Source: a virus
IMG/VR virus record: IMGVR_UViG_3300009702_000023
Location: 9,836 to 73,835 of that record
Direction: 5' to 3' (one strand)
Length of the DNA stretch: 64,000 nt
Part shown: piece by piece, positions 9,633 through 19,180 of the stretch
Numbering within the stretch: position 1 is the stretch's first letter
How the letters are laid out: each line of letters starts with the position of its first letter
Made by a program: the position numbers and the translations under genes
Notes under the pieces: model-generated
The model's database searches: none
Told to the model about the DNA's origin: nothing
Seen by the model: only the letters and a program-made list of their open reading frames with translations

Positions 9633-10553
9633 ATGCATAATTTAAAACTATACCCATATAAAATGGCCAGCGAATCTGGAAAAGACTTATCCCGACTACT
9701 TGGTATTAAACGGGTAAAACCAAATGGGAATTATGTGCCGAAAAGGGGCCATACTGTTGTAAATTGGGGAAATAGTCGATTTCCCGATTGGCTTGAACTA
9801 GCAAATAGACGAAACGTAACTATCCTAAATGATGTTGGTGCTGTAGGAAATGCTACCAATAAACTTACCACTTTGAGAATTTTAAATGAAGCAAGGGTAA
9901 ATATTCCACGGTTTACAGTAGATAAGCAAAGTGCTATGATCTGGTTAGAAGATTGCAATACCGTTATAGAACGACACAAATTGACCGGAAATAGCGCAGA
10001 AGGCATTCGGGTTGTAAATATAGATGATCCTGATATGCCTAGCGAATTAAATGATGCCCCACTTTATACTAAATTTATTCCTAAATCTAATGAATTCCGT
10101 GTTCATGTTTTTCGTGGAGAAATTATTGATTACCGCGAAAAAAAGAAACGAAAATTAGAAAATCGCCCAGAGAATTTTAATAAATATATTTCTTCTCATA
10201 CTATGGGCTGGGTTTTTTGTAAAAATAATATTAAACATATTGATAGTGTCAAAGAAGAGGCAATTAAAGCGGTTAATGCTTTGGGCCTTGATTTCGCTGC
10301 GGTTGATGTTATTTTTTATGAAGGCACCCCATATGTATTAGAGGCAAATACTGCGCCCGGAATTATGGGTACAACTCTAGCAATATATGCTAATACTTTT
10401 CGAAATTTTATGGGCCTACCCAGTATTGAAATTATAAATGATAATAATGTAACTTCCGAAGCTGTCGTCGAGACATTAGACTCCGGTTTAGTTACCTTAA
10501 CACTCGATTATACTACGGCAAGAAAACTGAAGGCATTACTTGCTGATGTATAG
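9633..10553 (+). CDS. ATP-grasp ligase (phiEco32-like/RimK-like)
   Basis: NWG, NKL, EFRVHV, LGLDFAAVDV and VLEANTAPG motifs. Confidence 0.85.
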   Translation: MHNLKLYPYKMASESGKDLSRLLGIKRVKPNGNYVPKRGHTVVNWGNSRFPDWLELANRRNVTILNDVGAVGNATNKLTTLRILNEARVNIPRFTVDKQSAMIWLEDCNTVIERHKLTGNSAEGIRVVNIDDPDMPSELNDAPLYTKFIPKSNEFRVHVFRGEIIDYREKKKRKLENRPENFNKYISSHTMGWVFCKNNIKHIDSVKEEAIKAVNALGLDFAAVDVIFYEGTPYVLEANTAPGIMGTTLAIYANTFRNFMGLPSIEIINDNNVTSEAVVETLDSGLVTLTLDYTTARKLKALLADV

Positions 10554-10565
10554 ATTAATACTCCT

Positions 10566-10618
10566 ATTAGTTGTTTGCTGCCCCGGAAAAGGAATTCTGG
10601 GGTAGTAATTTAACTGAT
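10566..10618 (+). other. Long intergenic stem-loop (processing site or terminator)
   Basis: TTGCTGCCCCGGAA/TTCTGGGGTAGTAA inner stem plus ATTAGTTG/TAACTGAT outer stem. Confidence 0.5.
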
Positions 10619-10773
10619 ATAAAAAGGATTTAAAAAATGATTAGTATAATAATAGCATTATCAATAATTACAATAATCTCTTTATTAATTACTCAATTAG
10701 TAATGAGTGTAAATGATTTATATGATAAAATATATGAATTAGAATATTATATTAATGATTTGGAGGCTTTTAT

Positions 10774-11010
10774 ATGTGGCGAATGATATTAATTTGTTTA
10801 TTTTGTATTGGCTGCGGAAGTTTAAATTCAAAAAATACAAGTTATCATATTTGGCAGCTTAAAAAATATAATCGGCAAATGACATCTATTGAAAAGGTAA
10901 CATTTAGTGGGTGCAGTTCAACTGTAATTGATATTAAAAGAGGGCCAATCCACTATATAGTTGTTATATGTAAAAATTCAATTAAATTTATTCCGGGAAT
11001 AGGGCGATAA
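10774..11010 (+). CDS. Small lipoprotein-like hypothetical protein
   Basis: Hydrophobic N-terminus ending IGC; GGAGG RBS. Confidence 0.45.
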   Translation: MWRMILICLFCIGCGSLNSKNTSYHIWQLKKYNRQMTSIEKVTFSGCSSTVIDIKRGPIHYIVVICKNSIKFIPGIGR

Positions 11011-11133
11011 TGATTTTATTATCAACAAGTGACTATTTCCACCAAATCGGAAGGATTTCAATACCCATGGATGGGTTTTTATTTTGGTATATTATAATTG
11101 GTATTATATTATTAATAATCATAAGGAGTTAAT

Positions 11134-11373
11134 ATGGATAATGTTGTATTGTTGGGAAGTTTAGTTGCAGTTTTTAGCGCAGTTGCTGGATTTTTATTCC
11201 GAGGTTTATTTGGGTCAAAAGGAAAATTAAATAAAGAATTAATCAATGCTGTAGCTTCGGGAAGAGAGGTAATGATTTTAATTGATCGAGAGGGAGTCGC
11301 ATATAAAAAAGAAAATAATAAACTCAATACTTATCGTATTGTATTAGGTGAAGAAGAAAATGTCAATAATTAA
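11134..11373 (+). CDS. Hypothetical protein with N-terminal TM
   Basis: AGGAG RBS; ORF track. Confidence 0.55.
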   Translation: MDNVVLLGSLVAVFSAVAGFLFRGLFGSKGKLNKELINAVASGREVMILIDREGVAYKKENNKLNTYRIVLGEEENVNN

Positions 11374-11729
11374 TATGGTATGGTTATTCTGTGCAATTTT
11401 TAATATAGTGGATTTTGTTTCTTTTTTGTTGACAAATATCTCTAAACATAGTAAAGTAAATTATGGATGGGCGTTATTTTTTTCAATTTTTGCATTATTA
11501 TTAGGCCCAGTTTGGACACTTGGTGTCATTTACTATAAAGGAGTAATACAATGAAAACAATTGACAATGTGATAGAAGAAATAATGGCCAATTCTGATAA
11601 AAAAGAATTTAAACTTGATATTACGGGATTAAATCCTGTAGATCGGGCAACTATTATTGATGGTTTGGAATGTGAAGGTTTTTTGGTAGACACATATCAC
11701 GGTAGTGATTATTTGGAGGTTCATAAATA

Positions 11730-12008
11730 ATGGATGGATTTTATACATACCCTAATAGAACAATATGTGACGTATTAGAAGAAATGCGAAAATTAAATAA
11801 AACTCGAAATTATTCTGCTTTAGCTGGATTAATTGAAGAAATTCAATCTATGGCAAATAAGATGGAAGCCGCGTTAGGTGATAAAAAAGATGTAAAACTG
11901 TGGACTAAAAAACGTGCAAGTCTTAAGGAAGAAATTAAAAAATTAATTAAAATAAAAGAAGGACTAGATGAAAATAATAATTCTGACAATCGGACTGATG
12001 ACAATTAG
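11730..12008 (+). CDS. Hypothetical coiled-coil protein
   Basis: GGAGG RBS; ORF track. Confidence 0.6.
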   Translation: MDGFYTYPNRTICDVLEEMRKLNKTRNYSALAGLIEEIQSMANKMEAALGDKKDVKLWTKKRASLKEEIKKLIKIKEGLDENNNSDNRTDDN

Positions 12009-12097
12009 TTTTGCAAGTTTTTATCTTGGGGCTAATCATGGTTATACCATAGGTTATAAAACAGCAATTGCGAATAAAACTGTTGTAGGAATAAAAA

Positions 12098-12325
12098 ATG
12101 GAAAAGTTGAGTGTCATTATATTAAATAGTTTGGTTGTTTTAAATGTGTGTGTTCCACCAAAAATTATTAACACAACAAATGTTTGGAATAATTTCGATA
12201 CAAGACAATTAAAATTTTCATTAACTAGGTGCCCATCATTATATAAGGATGCCCCTTGTCTTAAATTATTTTGGAAATATGAAGAAAACAGCTATAGAGC
12301 TATATGCGGGAGAAATGAGAAATGA
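12098..12325 (+). CDS. Cys-rich small secreted hypothetical protein
   Basis: Signal-like N-terminus; CP..CLK..YRAICG. Confidence 0.5.
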   Translation: MEKLSVIILNSLVVLNVCVPPKIINTTNVWNNFDTRQLKFSLTRCPSLYKDAPCLKLFWKYEENSYRAICGRNEK

Positions 12326-12516
12326 AATTTTTTACTATAAAACGGGGGGAAAATCGGTATGAAGGAATGTTTATCGCCCCTAATGAAATTGTGGCGCGAG
12401 AGATTGCCCGAAAAAATGGGTTTAAAATTGATGATGATACTGTATTCGAAGATGTGTCAGTTGAAAGAACCGAAGCTGAGAAAAAAAATAGCCCAATTCT
12501 AGGGGGAAGTAAATGA
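12322..12516 (+). CDS. Hypothetical protein
   Basis: ATGA coupled; ORF track. Confidence 0.5.
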   Translation: MKFFTIKRGENRYEGMFIAPNEIVAREIARKNGFKIDDDTVFEDVSVERTEAEKKNSPILGGSK

Positions 12517-12821
12517 ATTTATTAAATTTTAAAGCAAAAAATTGCGAATATTGTGGTGCTGTCTTAAATGGAAATAACCAATTAGAATTAGACAATCATT
12601 ATACTTCTTGTAAAAAACGAAAAGAAAAAATTGATAAACTTATGAAAAAAAATAAAGATATTTTAGAAAAATTAGCAGATGGTTTAGATAATACATATGT
12701 TCGTCATTTAGAAGATGAATTATTACAATTAAAAGAAAAAATAAAAGAATTAACAAAAGAACGAGATGCTGCTCGGCAAATCGCATATGAAGCAAAACAC
12801 GGAGTATTTGAAAAACCATAA
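12513..12821 (+). CDS. Zn-finger plus coiled-coil hypothetical protein
   Basis: CEYC...HYTSC. Confidence 0.5.
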   Translation: MNLLNFKAKNCEYCGAVLNGNNQLELDNHYTSCKKRKEKIDKLMKKNKDILEKLADGLDNTYVRHLEDELLQLKEKIKELTKERDAARQIAYEAKHGVFEKP

Positions 12822-12830
12822 GGAAATGTT

Positions 12831-13163
12831 ATGAATATAAATGAATTAGCAAATAAATGTTATGGAGATGCAAAATCTTTGGGTTGGTATGATGACAATA
12901 AAACTAAATCCGATGTAGAATCGTTAATGCTGACGGTCTCTGAACTATCTGAAGCAGTTGAAGAACTTCGTAAACCTGAAACACAAATTGAGTATGAAGG
13001 TAAAAATGGTAAACCGGAGGGTTATGGTGTTGAACTTGCTGATGCCATAATTAGATTACTAGATTTAGCTGCCTTTCGGGGAATTGATATTGGCGGAATA
13101 ATTGAACGGAAATTGGCTTATAATCTAAAACGCGGCTACCGTCATGGGAATAAAAAATATTAA
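12831..13163 (+). CDS. MazG-like nucleotide pyrophosphohydrolase
   Basis: SELSEAVE...ELADAIIRLLD...KLAYN.KR.YRHG. Confidence 0.85.
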   Translation: MNINELANKCYGDAKSLGWYDDNKTKSDVESLMLTVSELSEAVEELRKPETQIEYEGKNGKPEGYGVELADAIIRLLDLAAFRGIDIGGIIERKLAYNLKRGYRHGNKKY

Positions 13164-13813
13164 TGGAACTTGTATTTTTAAGTGATACTCATTATTGCCA
13201 TAAAGAATTTGATGTTGGTCAAGGTGATGTATTAATTCATTCTGGGGATGCGGAAATTAACAGTAAAGATGCTTGTGTTAGTTTCGCCCAGTGGATGGAT
13301 CAACAGAAATTTAAATATAAAATATTTGTTCCCGGAAATCATGATAGTTATTTAGCCGATAAAACACAAGAGGCTATTTCAATATTTCATGATTATGGAA
13401 TTAATGTTTTAATTGATGATGGAATTAAAATTAATGACTATTTATTTTGGGGAACACCGTATGTGCCACAATTTGGTCGCTGGGATTTTATGAAAAAAGA
13501 AAGTGAACTTCTAGCTCACTACAAACAAATCCCACCAGAAGTAGATGTATTAATTACTCATGGCCCTCCGAAATATATCTTAGATCAGAATCATCGAGGT
13601 GATTGGTGTGGAAGTGAATTTTTATCACAATTAGTTATGCAAAAAAAACCAATTGTCCATGCTTTTGGCCATATACACGATAGTTATGGTTATAAAAGTT
13701 TTCATGATATTTTATTTATTAATTCGGCAGTAGCGCCAACATTTGATATGGGACCTAATGAGCCAATCAGAGTTATCTTAGAATATAAAAAAGTAGTTGA
13801 TATTATTTCTTAA
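13163..13813 (+). CDS. Calcineurin-like metallophosphoesterase (MPPED-like)
   Basis: SDTH, HSGD, PGNHD, THGPP, FGHIH. Confidence 0.9.
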   Translation: MELVFLSDTHYCHKEFDVGQGDVLIHSGDAEINSKDACVSFAQWMDQQKFKYKIFVPGNHDSYLADKTQEAISIFHDYGINVLIDDGIKINDYLFWGTPYVPQFGRWDFMKKESELLAHYKQIPPEVDVLITHGPPKYILDQNHRGDWCGSEFLSQLVMQKKPIVHAFGHIHDSYGYKSFHDILFINSAVAPTFDMGPNEPIRVILEYKKVVDIIS

Positions 13814-14537
13814 GAAGTTTTTTCGGAACTATAACTTTTTTTTGTCCATAACCAAAACGATTTGCAATTCCAGGAAATTGATCATATAAATTTTGAGTTT
13901 CTTCTTGACCAAAGATGTTATTGAGATTAGTTTCTACTTTAGATTCCGGCAATCCTGCTCTATATTGATTTATAACATTAGCTTTTATCGGACCTTCCTC
14001 TAAACCAGTTTGAATTACTTTACCATAATCTTTCGGGCCTTCTTCTAAGCCCTTTCTAATAACTTTCCCTAAAGCGGGTTCTTCTTCCAAACCAGTCCTA
14101 ATAACTTTTCCCAAGGCCGGGGTTTCTTCTAAACCAGTTTGAATTAATTTGCCAAATTTTCCGCCCTGTTTAATAAATGGGGCGACAGCAGCTAGAGCTT
14201 TAACACCTTTACCAACTTCAGCTAATTTACCTAAAGGAGTTGGATCAAATACATCGGCACTTGTGGCAATGGCAGTTTTAATATATGGATTTTCTAAACC
14301 AGTTCGTTCTGCTATATCATAACCTGTGGGGGCTTCACTCGAAGGTCTCGTAAGTTGATGAGCAAATGCTCGACCTGCGGCTAAAGGATCACTAGGGTTA
14401 AAGTCTTGTGCCGCATAAATGCCGCTACGAGATGCCGCCCCCATTCGATCAAGATAATCTAGGATTTTATCTCCTACCCCTTGATTTTGGGATAATTGTT
14501 GTAGGGCTTTTTTCTTAGCATCTTTAGGATCAGCCAT
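13803..14537 (-). CDS. Late hypothetical protein with 14-15 aa repeats (putative internal virion protein)
   Basis: Last gene of a late-motif operon; four GK(V/L)IxxGLEE repeats. Confidence 0.55.
   Translation of the reverse strand: MADPKDAKKKALQQLSQNQGVGDKILDYLDRMGAASRSGIYAAQDFNPSDPLAAGRAFAHQLTRPSSEAPTGYDIAERTGLENPYIKTAIATSADVFDPTPLGKLAEVGKGVKALAAVAPFIKQGGKFGKLIQTGLEETPALGKVIRTGLEEEPALGKVIRKGLEEGPKDYGKVIQTGLEEGPIKANVINQYRAGLPESKVETNLNNIFGQEETQNLYDQFPGIANRFGYGQKKVIVPKKLLKK
13991..14153 (-). repeat. Four ~42-45 bp coding repeats GK(V/L)I(Q/R)(T/K)GLEE
   Basis: Seen in both DNA and protein. Confidence 0.8.
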
Positions 14538-14722
14538 TATTTTGCGCCTTTCATCTTTTTTCTTAATTTAGCAAATCTTTTAGATTTTTTTTCTGGCAGA
14601 CTTTTCGGAGATTGACCTTTGACATACTCTGCTGCTTTTTTTCTTGATAGGCCGGGGGCTTTAATACTTCCGTGGGCCACTCCCTGCATAAAACGAAATT
14701 GGGCTTTGGATTTAGCTGGCAT
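14537..14722 (-). CDS. Small basic protein (MPAKSKAQFRFM-type)
   Basis: K/R-rich; TAATG coupling. Confidence 0.7.
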   Translation of the reverse strand: MPAKSKAQFRFMQGVAHGSIKAPGLSRKKAAEYVKGQSPKSLPEKKSKRFAKLRKKMKGAK

Positions 14723-14892
14723 TATTTCTTTTTACCTTTGGCTGCTATTTTTTGGAATTTCTTTTTTCCATATTTTTTACGACCAATGGAAGCGGCAAGA
14801 GCTTCGGGGTGTTCTATGCCTTTTTGGCGTGATAATTGTTTTTTCAAATTAGAAAATCTTTTTCCGGAACCAAGTTTGGGTTTACGCGACAT
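14722..14892 (-). CDS. 56-aa basic protein
   Basis: Hand translation MSRKPKLGSGKRFSNLKKQL...ALAASIGRKKYGKKKFQK; GGAGG RBS; not in track. Confidence 0.7.
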   Translation of the reverse strand: MSRKPKLGSGKRFSNLKKQLSRQKGIEHPEALAASIGRKKYGKKKFQKIAAKGKKK

Positions 14893-14908
14893 AATACAAT
14901 TCCTCCAT

Positions 14909-14925
14909 TCATAAATATTTGTTAA
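14909..14925 (-). promoter_or_regulatory. Putative late promoter
   Basis: TTAACAAATATTTATGA. Confidence 0.7.
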
Positions 14926-14946
14926 TATATATAAAGAAACTATATT

Positions 14947-15381
14947 TTAAAATGTTTGTTTTTTTACTCGGCCAAATAATTCGTCATTATAATAATCTCG
15001 ATGGCGCTCATATTCAGAACCATTGATGTGATAAACCTCCATAATTGACGCTGGTCCGGTATGATTACGATTTAGGTCACAATGGCCCAATTCATGAAAT
15101 ATTAATGTCTGTTTATCATTATCAGTAGTATTAAACCAGAATTCGGGATCAATTTGAATATATCTCTCGCCATTATCATAAATAGTACATAGACCTATAG
15201 TATGGCCCGGTAGTGTACTGAATAGCATAGAAATCTGTTTATTAATATATCCATGCTTTAATTTTTGATAATTAACTATGTATTTATTAAATGCCGGATC
15301 AATATTTGTATTATTTATTGAAGTAAATCCGGCGGTACAACCAATTAATATAAAAAATAATATATTTAGGATTTTTTTCAT
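14947..15381 (-). CDS. Secreted/lipoprotein zinc metallopeptidase (metzincin-like)
   Basis: Signal with LIGC; HELGHCDLNRNH and SIM Met-turn. Confidence 0.75.
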   Translation of the reverse strand: MKKILNILFFILIGCTAGFTSINNTNIDPAFNKYIVNYQKLKHGYINKQISMLFSTLPGHTIGLCTIYDNGERYIQIDPEFWFNTTDNDKQTLIFHELGHCDLNRNHTGPASIMEVYHINGSEYERHRDYYNDELFGRVKKQTF

Positions 15382-15400
15382 TTTAGCCCCTTCTATTAAA

Positions 15401-15467
15401 AATGTACCACAATATTTTTATATTGTCAAGTATTTTTCTTGACAGATTATTTTATATGTGTTAATGT
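15401..15467. promoter_or_regulatory. Back-to-back sigma70-type promoters
   Basis: TGTCAAG-tattttt-CTTGACA; TTGACA-N17-TACATT on minus, TTGACA-N17-TAATGT on plus. Confidence 0.55.
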
Positions 15468-15652
15468 TAATAACATAAAAGGAGATATTATGCTAACAGT
15501 TTATATATTATGTTCCTTTCTATCTAGTGATATGGTCACATTAAATAATGTCAACCTTGTTGCCAAAGAAGATTCAACCTATAAAATAGTTACCCCCGAA
15601 AAGGTGTATTATTTTCCAATAAACTCCTGCGCAATAAGTTTTAAGAGGAAAT

Positions 15653-15961
15653 ATGAAAAAAGGTGATAAAGTAAGACATACCGTCAGTGGAAAAACTGGA
15701 ATTATTATTAAAGTGGAGGCTAACCCATATATTATTATGGGCTCCCCACAATCTAGCTTATATACTGTCGAATTTCAGGATAAATCAACTTTAGTCTGTT
15801 CTGCCGGGGACATATGGCCAGAAGATAATGGGGTGCTCCCGAAATCCGGAGATAATACACCCAAAGCCGGGGCTAATACAATTAAGAAAAAAACATGCAG
15901 TTGCGGGGTAAGCTCAGCCAGAGCCGGGGGCAGACATAGCGATTGGTGCGATTTATTTTAA
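15653..15961 (+). CDS. SH3-like plus Zn-binding hypothetical protein
   Basis: KKGDKVRH...G.G.I; CSCG...HSDWC. Confidence 0.55.
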   Translation: MKKGDKVRHTVSGKTGIIIKVEANPYIIMGSPQSSLYTVEFQDKSTLVCSAGDIWPEDNGVLPKSGDNTPKAGANTIKKKTCSCGVSSARAGGRHSDWCDLF

Positions 15962-16588
15962 CGGAGCCAACCACGTTTTTCGATTTAGCGATCACGCTTT
16001 ATGGCACTTAATACATGATTAATGTGTTTTTTTAGGATATTTTTTTCATTTTTCTTTAAACATATCAATAATTAATAAAAAATTGTGCCCACATAGACCC
16101 AACCATAATAATCAAAAATATGATCAATGATAAAAAGCCTAAATCTACGATTTTATTTAAGAATATGTGTAAAAATCCGTAAATTATTGGCAAAATAAAA
16201 ATGAATATTAAAACTATAAATACTACCATGTATAAAGTATATAATACTTCGATTAATTTGTCAAGATTTATTATTTTGTGTGCTCCCGAAAGCATAATTG
16301 ACCCACATATTGTGTCAATTACCCCCGATTCGCCCATATTTGGCCTGTACCAGGTTTTTAGTAGGTAAGACGGGTACTTATGTGCCTTTACTATTTTTAT
16401 TCAATCTAGGGCATTCTAAGCCCTCGAACATGTATTAACTTAAAAATCTATTTTAAATTTTTTTCAGGATTTTATTTTATCTTAATGTTTTCAACATTAT
16501 AGCCCCGATGTATTAAGTTTATTTTCCCCTATACGCGCTCTGAGATACTCAACGTAAACATCGAGTTCAAAGTAACCCTACCCCCCCC

Positions 16589-16734
16589 TGGCACAACAAT
16601 TGCAATTACAAAATCCATACCAAAAAACAATCCTAAAATGAGACATAAAAAAGTTGGCATGAAAATTGCTAATGCAAAGTCTGGGCCGGGAACTGGTGAG
16701 AATGTTGGTTGAGAATTTTGGCACGAAAATTGAA
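16589..16734 (+). promoter_or_regulatory. Three tandem sigma54 (-24/-12)-like sites
   Basis: TGGCACaacaaTTGCA 16589, TGGCATgaaaaTTGCT 16655, TGGCACgaaaaTTGAA 16719. Confidence 0.6.
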
Positions 16735-16836
16735 TGCAATCTACTTCAAAACTATACTGTCCACAAAAAATAATATTAAAGTTTATATACATTGCGCCGA
16801 TATATATGATATATTAAGTAAATCGGGAGAGATAAT

Positions 16837-17256
16837 ATGATCAAATATATAAATCAAATAATATTGAATGAGAGTCAAAAAATAAAATATATTGTCAAAG
16901 ATGATGCACCAAATACATTTGAGAGCCTTGTAAACACTCCTAGCTTAGTTGTATGGTCGGGAGAGAGCCACAACACAATATTTCAAGATAAAACCGTCAA
17001 TTGGGCATTTCGTGCGTTACATGATACGGTACATCTTGCAACTAGGATAGGGTTTGCTCCTGAAGAAGAAGTTAGACTGGCTAAAATTCAGGCAAATAAA
17101 TACTCAAAAAATTGCCAACAACTAATTGCAGACTTAATATATATTGAAGTTGCGGAACAAGCCAAATATTATAAACAATTTAATCAATTTCTAGGTGACA
17201 AACAAATACAATTCACTATGAAACATTTAAATAAATTAGGCTATGTATTTAATTAA
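16837..17256 (+). CDS. First early gene, FRAxHDxxH-motif hypothetical protein
   Basis: NWAFRALHDTVHL...GF..EEE suggests a metal-binding site. Confidence 0.6.
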   Translation: MIKYINQIILNESQKIKYIVKDDAPNTFESLVNTPSLVVWSGESHNTIFQDKTVNWAFRALHDTVHLATRIGFAPEEEVRLAKIQANKYSKNCQQLIADLIYIEVAEQAKYYKQFNQFLGDKQIQFTMKHLNKLGYVFN

Positions 17257-17271
17257 ACCGGGAGAAAAAAC

Positions 17272-17622
17272 ATGAAAATAATACTTGCGCTTAATACAGA
17301 TCATCCAAGCGAAGAGGCTATAATTAAGTCACTAGACTTACCATATCAAAAACTAATTGGTTGTTACAAGGGTCAATGTGAAGATAGCTATATGGTTGAA
17401 TACAAAAATCTATGTGATTTATATAAAATTGTGGCTTTGGCTCAAAAACATAACCAAGAATCAATCCTAAGTATTGGTGATGATCTTAGTTGTATCCTGA
17501 AATACATCAAATTGACTCAGGATGATGTTTCATTGGGAACATGGACTCAAGTACCCAAAGCTGAAGCATTCAACTGTGACGCTTGGAGCTTGATTGACGG
17601 TCAATATTATATTTGTAAATAA
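17272..17622 (+). CDS. SAM lyase (T3 SAMase-like), anti-restriction
   Basis: GCY.....E, LA...QESIL and GTW..VPK are collinear with T3 SAMase motifs as recalled (GCY..EE, LA..EQDCVL, GSF..VPK). Confidence 0.7.
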   Translation: MKIILALNTDHPSEEAIIKSLDLPYQKLIGCYKGQCEDSYMVEYKNLCDLYKIVALAQKHNQESILSIGDDLSCILKYIKLTQDDVSLGTWTQVPKAEAFNCDAWSLIDGQYYICK

Positions 17623-18139
17623 AATAATCATAAGTTATGGATTGAATTTCATGAGTCAAATGAAGCCAAATGTTTAAGTAATATGTTAGATAATTTATCT
17701 AATAAAGATGAAGAAAAATTGAAAAATTATTTATTTTAATCAATGATTGAAAATCGGGAGATAAATAATGTATAAACTAATTGCTTTAAATGATGGAACA
17801 TGGGAGATTAAATTCTATTACAGCAATGGCATTCCTTGGAATAAATCATTTGTCAAGGCGACGCCAACGGATTGTTTAAGTATTGCTGCGGGTTTAGGCA
17901 TTCATTTAGAACCCCAGCACAAAATATTATTAACGCTTGTTTAATTGTATTAAATATGTAATAATCGAATAATATTAAACCGGGAGAAAAATAATGTCAG
18001 CAAAAATAATAGGCTTTAAAACAAAAAGATTGATTGAAAACCAAACCGAGTTAAATACTGAATTGTCTCTATGGGAGAAACAAAAACCAAAAAAGAGACG
18101 TCGTGTTAAATTATCATCTTTAACTTCCGGAGGTGTAAA

Positions 18140-19180
18140 GTGAAAACGGAGCTTAAGTTAAATAAAAACATAAAATTGAGTAAAACCCAATTGCATTATT
18201 ACAATAAATTGTCGAGTAAAGACAAACAAAAATATCTATTGTCAAAATTGGGAGTGAAATTTGGTGTTCCTATGAAGGTTGATAAACTTCATAATTATAA
18301 AATTGATAAATTATGTCAAAAAGGGAGAAATAGCATATTGCGTCAATTTCGGGAGATAACTAATTGTTCCAGTTGTGCGGAGCACAAACCAATAAATGGA
18401 CTTAAAGGTTCATTCTGGGTGGGAGTGGAAATTGAATGCAATATACCTGATTATATTGGGGAATGCACTGAATGTGGTGGAACTAGTGAGGTAACATGTT
18501 ATGATTGTGGCGGTAATGGTTGTGAAGAATGTGGTGGTTATGGTGAAATTAATTGTCTCGAATGTGATAGCGGGAGCATGGGTTTTAATTATTTAAGAGA
18601 CAAAATTAAACAAGCCGGGATTAGACGAGCTTCAGTGCGTCGAGATGCGTCTCTATGCTCAGTTTGTGGTGGGGTGGAGATTACCCTTCTCTTTAATGCT
18701 GCGCGTAGCTATGAGCCTCTCAGGCGCTTGTGCGACCTTTTGGGTGACCTAGATGCTGAAATTGATTCTGATTGCGGTTTACATGTTCATTTAGATATGA
18801 AAGATAGGACAAAAAGACAAGTTATGTATATGAGTAAAAAAATAGAAAAATACATTATTCCTCTGTCTCTTATGGTCCCTGCGTCAAGACGAGATAATAG
18901 ATATTGTAGATTAAAAGCCGGAGATATTGATAAACATAATGATAGATATAACGCAATTAATACTGACTCGTGGAGAAAACATAAAACAATTGAGATTAGA
19001 CTGCATTCCGGGAGCACTAATTTTAAGAAAATTAAGAATTGGATTGAATTATTGCGAAAAATTGTTAATAAACCCGGTCCTAAGGTTAAATTAAACGAAA
19101 CTAATGAAATGATCCGACATTTGGGCATTAAATACCCATTGGCAAGATATATTAAACAGCGGGAGAAAAAACATGTGTAA
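18140..19180 (+). CDS. Putative amidoligase (COOH-NH2 ligase) with DnaJ-like Zn-finger insert
   Basis: GVEIE, DASL, GVEI, CGLHVH, RY.AIN, TIEIRLH; CxxCxGxG repeats. Confidence 0.85.
   Translation: MKTELKLNKNIKLSKTQLHYYNKLSSKDKQKYLLSKLGVKFGVPMKVDKLHNYKIDKLCQKGRNSILRQFREITNCSSCAEHKPINGLKGSFWVGVEIECNIPDYIGECTECGGTSEVTCYDCGGNGCEECGGYGEINCLECDSGSMGFNYLRDKIKQAGIRRASVRRDASLCSVCGGVEITLLFNAARSYEPLRRLCDLLGDLDAEIDSDCGLHVHLDMKDRTKRQVMYMSKKIEKYIIPLSLMVPASRRDNRYCRLKAGDIDKHNDRYNAINTDSWRKHKTIEIRLHSGSTNFKKIKNWIELLRKIVNKPGPKVKLNETNEMIRHLGIKYPLARYIKQREKKHV

Noticed and set aside
16065-16792. Minus-strand ORFs 16065..16337 and 16529..16792
   Set aside because: Weak RBS and low-complexity hydrophobic translations in a regulatory region; a short TM peptide cannot be fully excluded.
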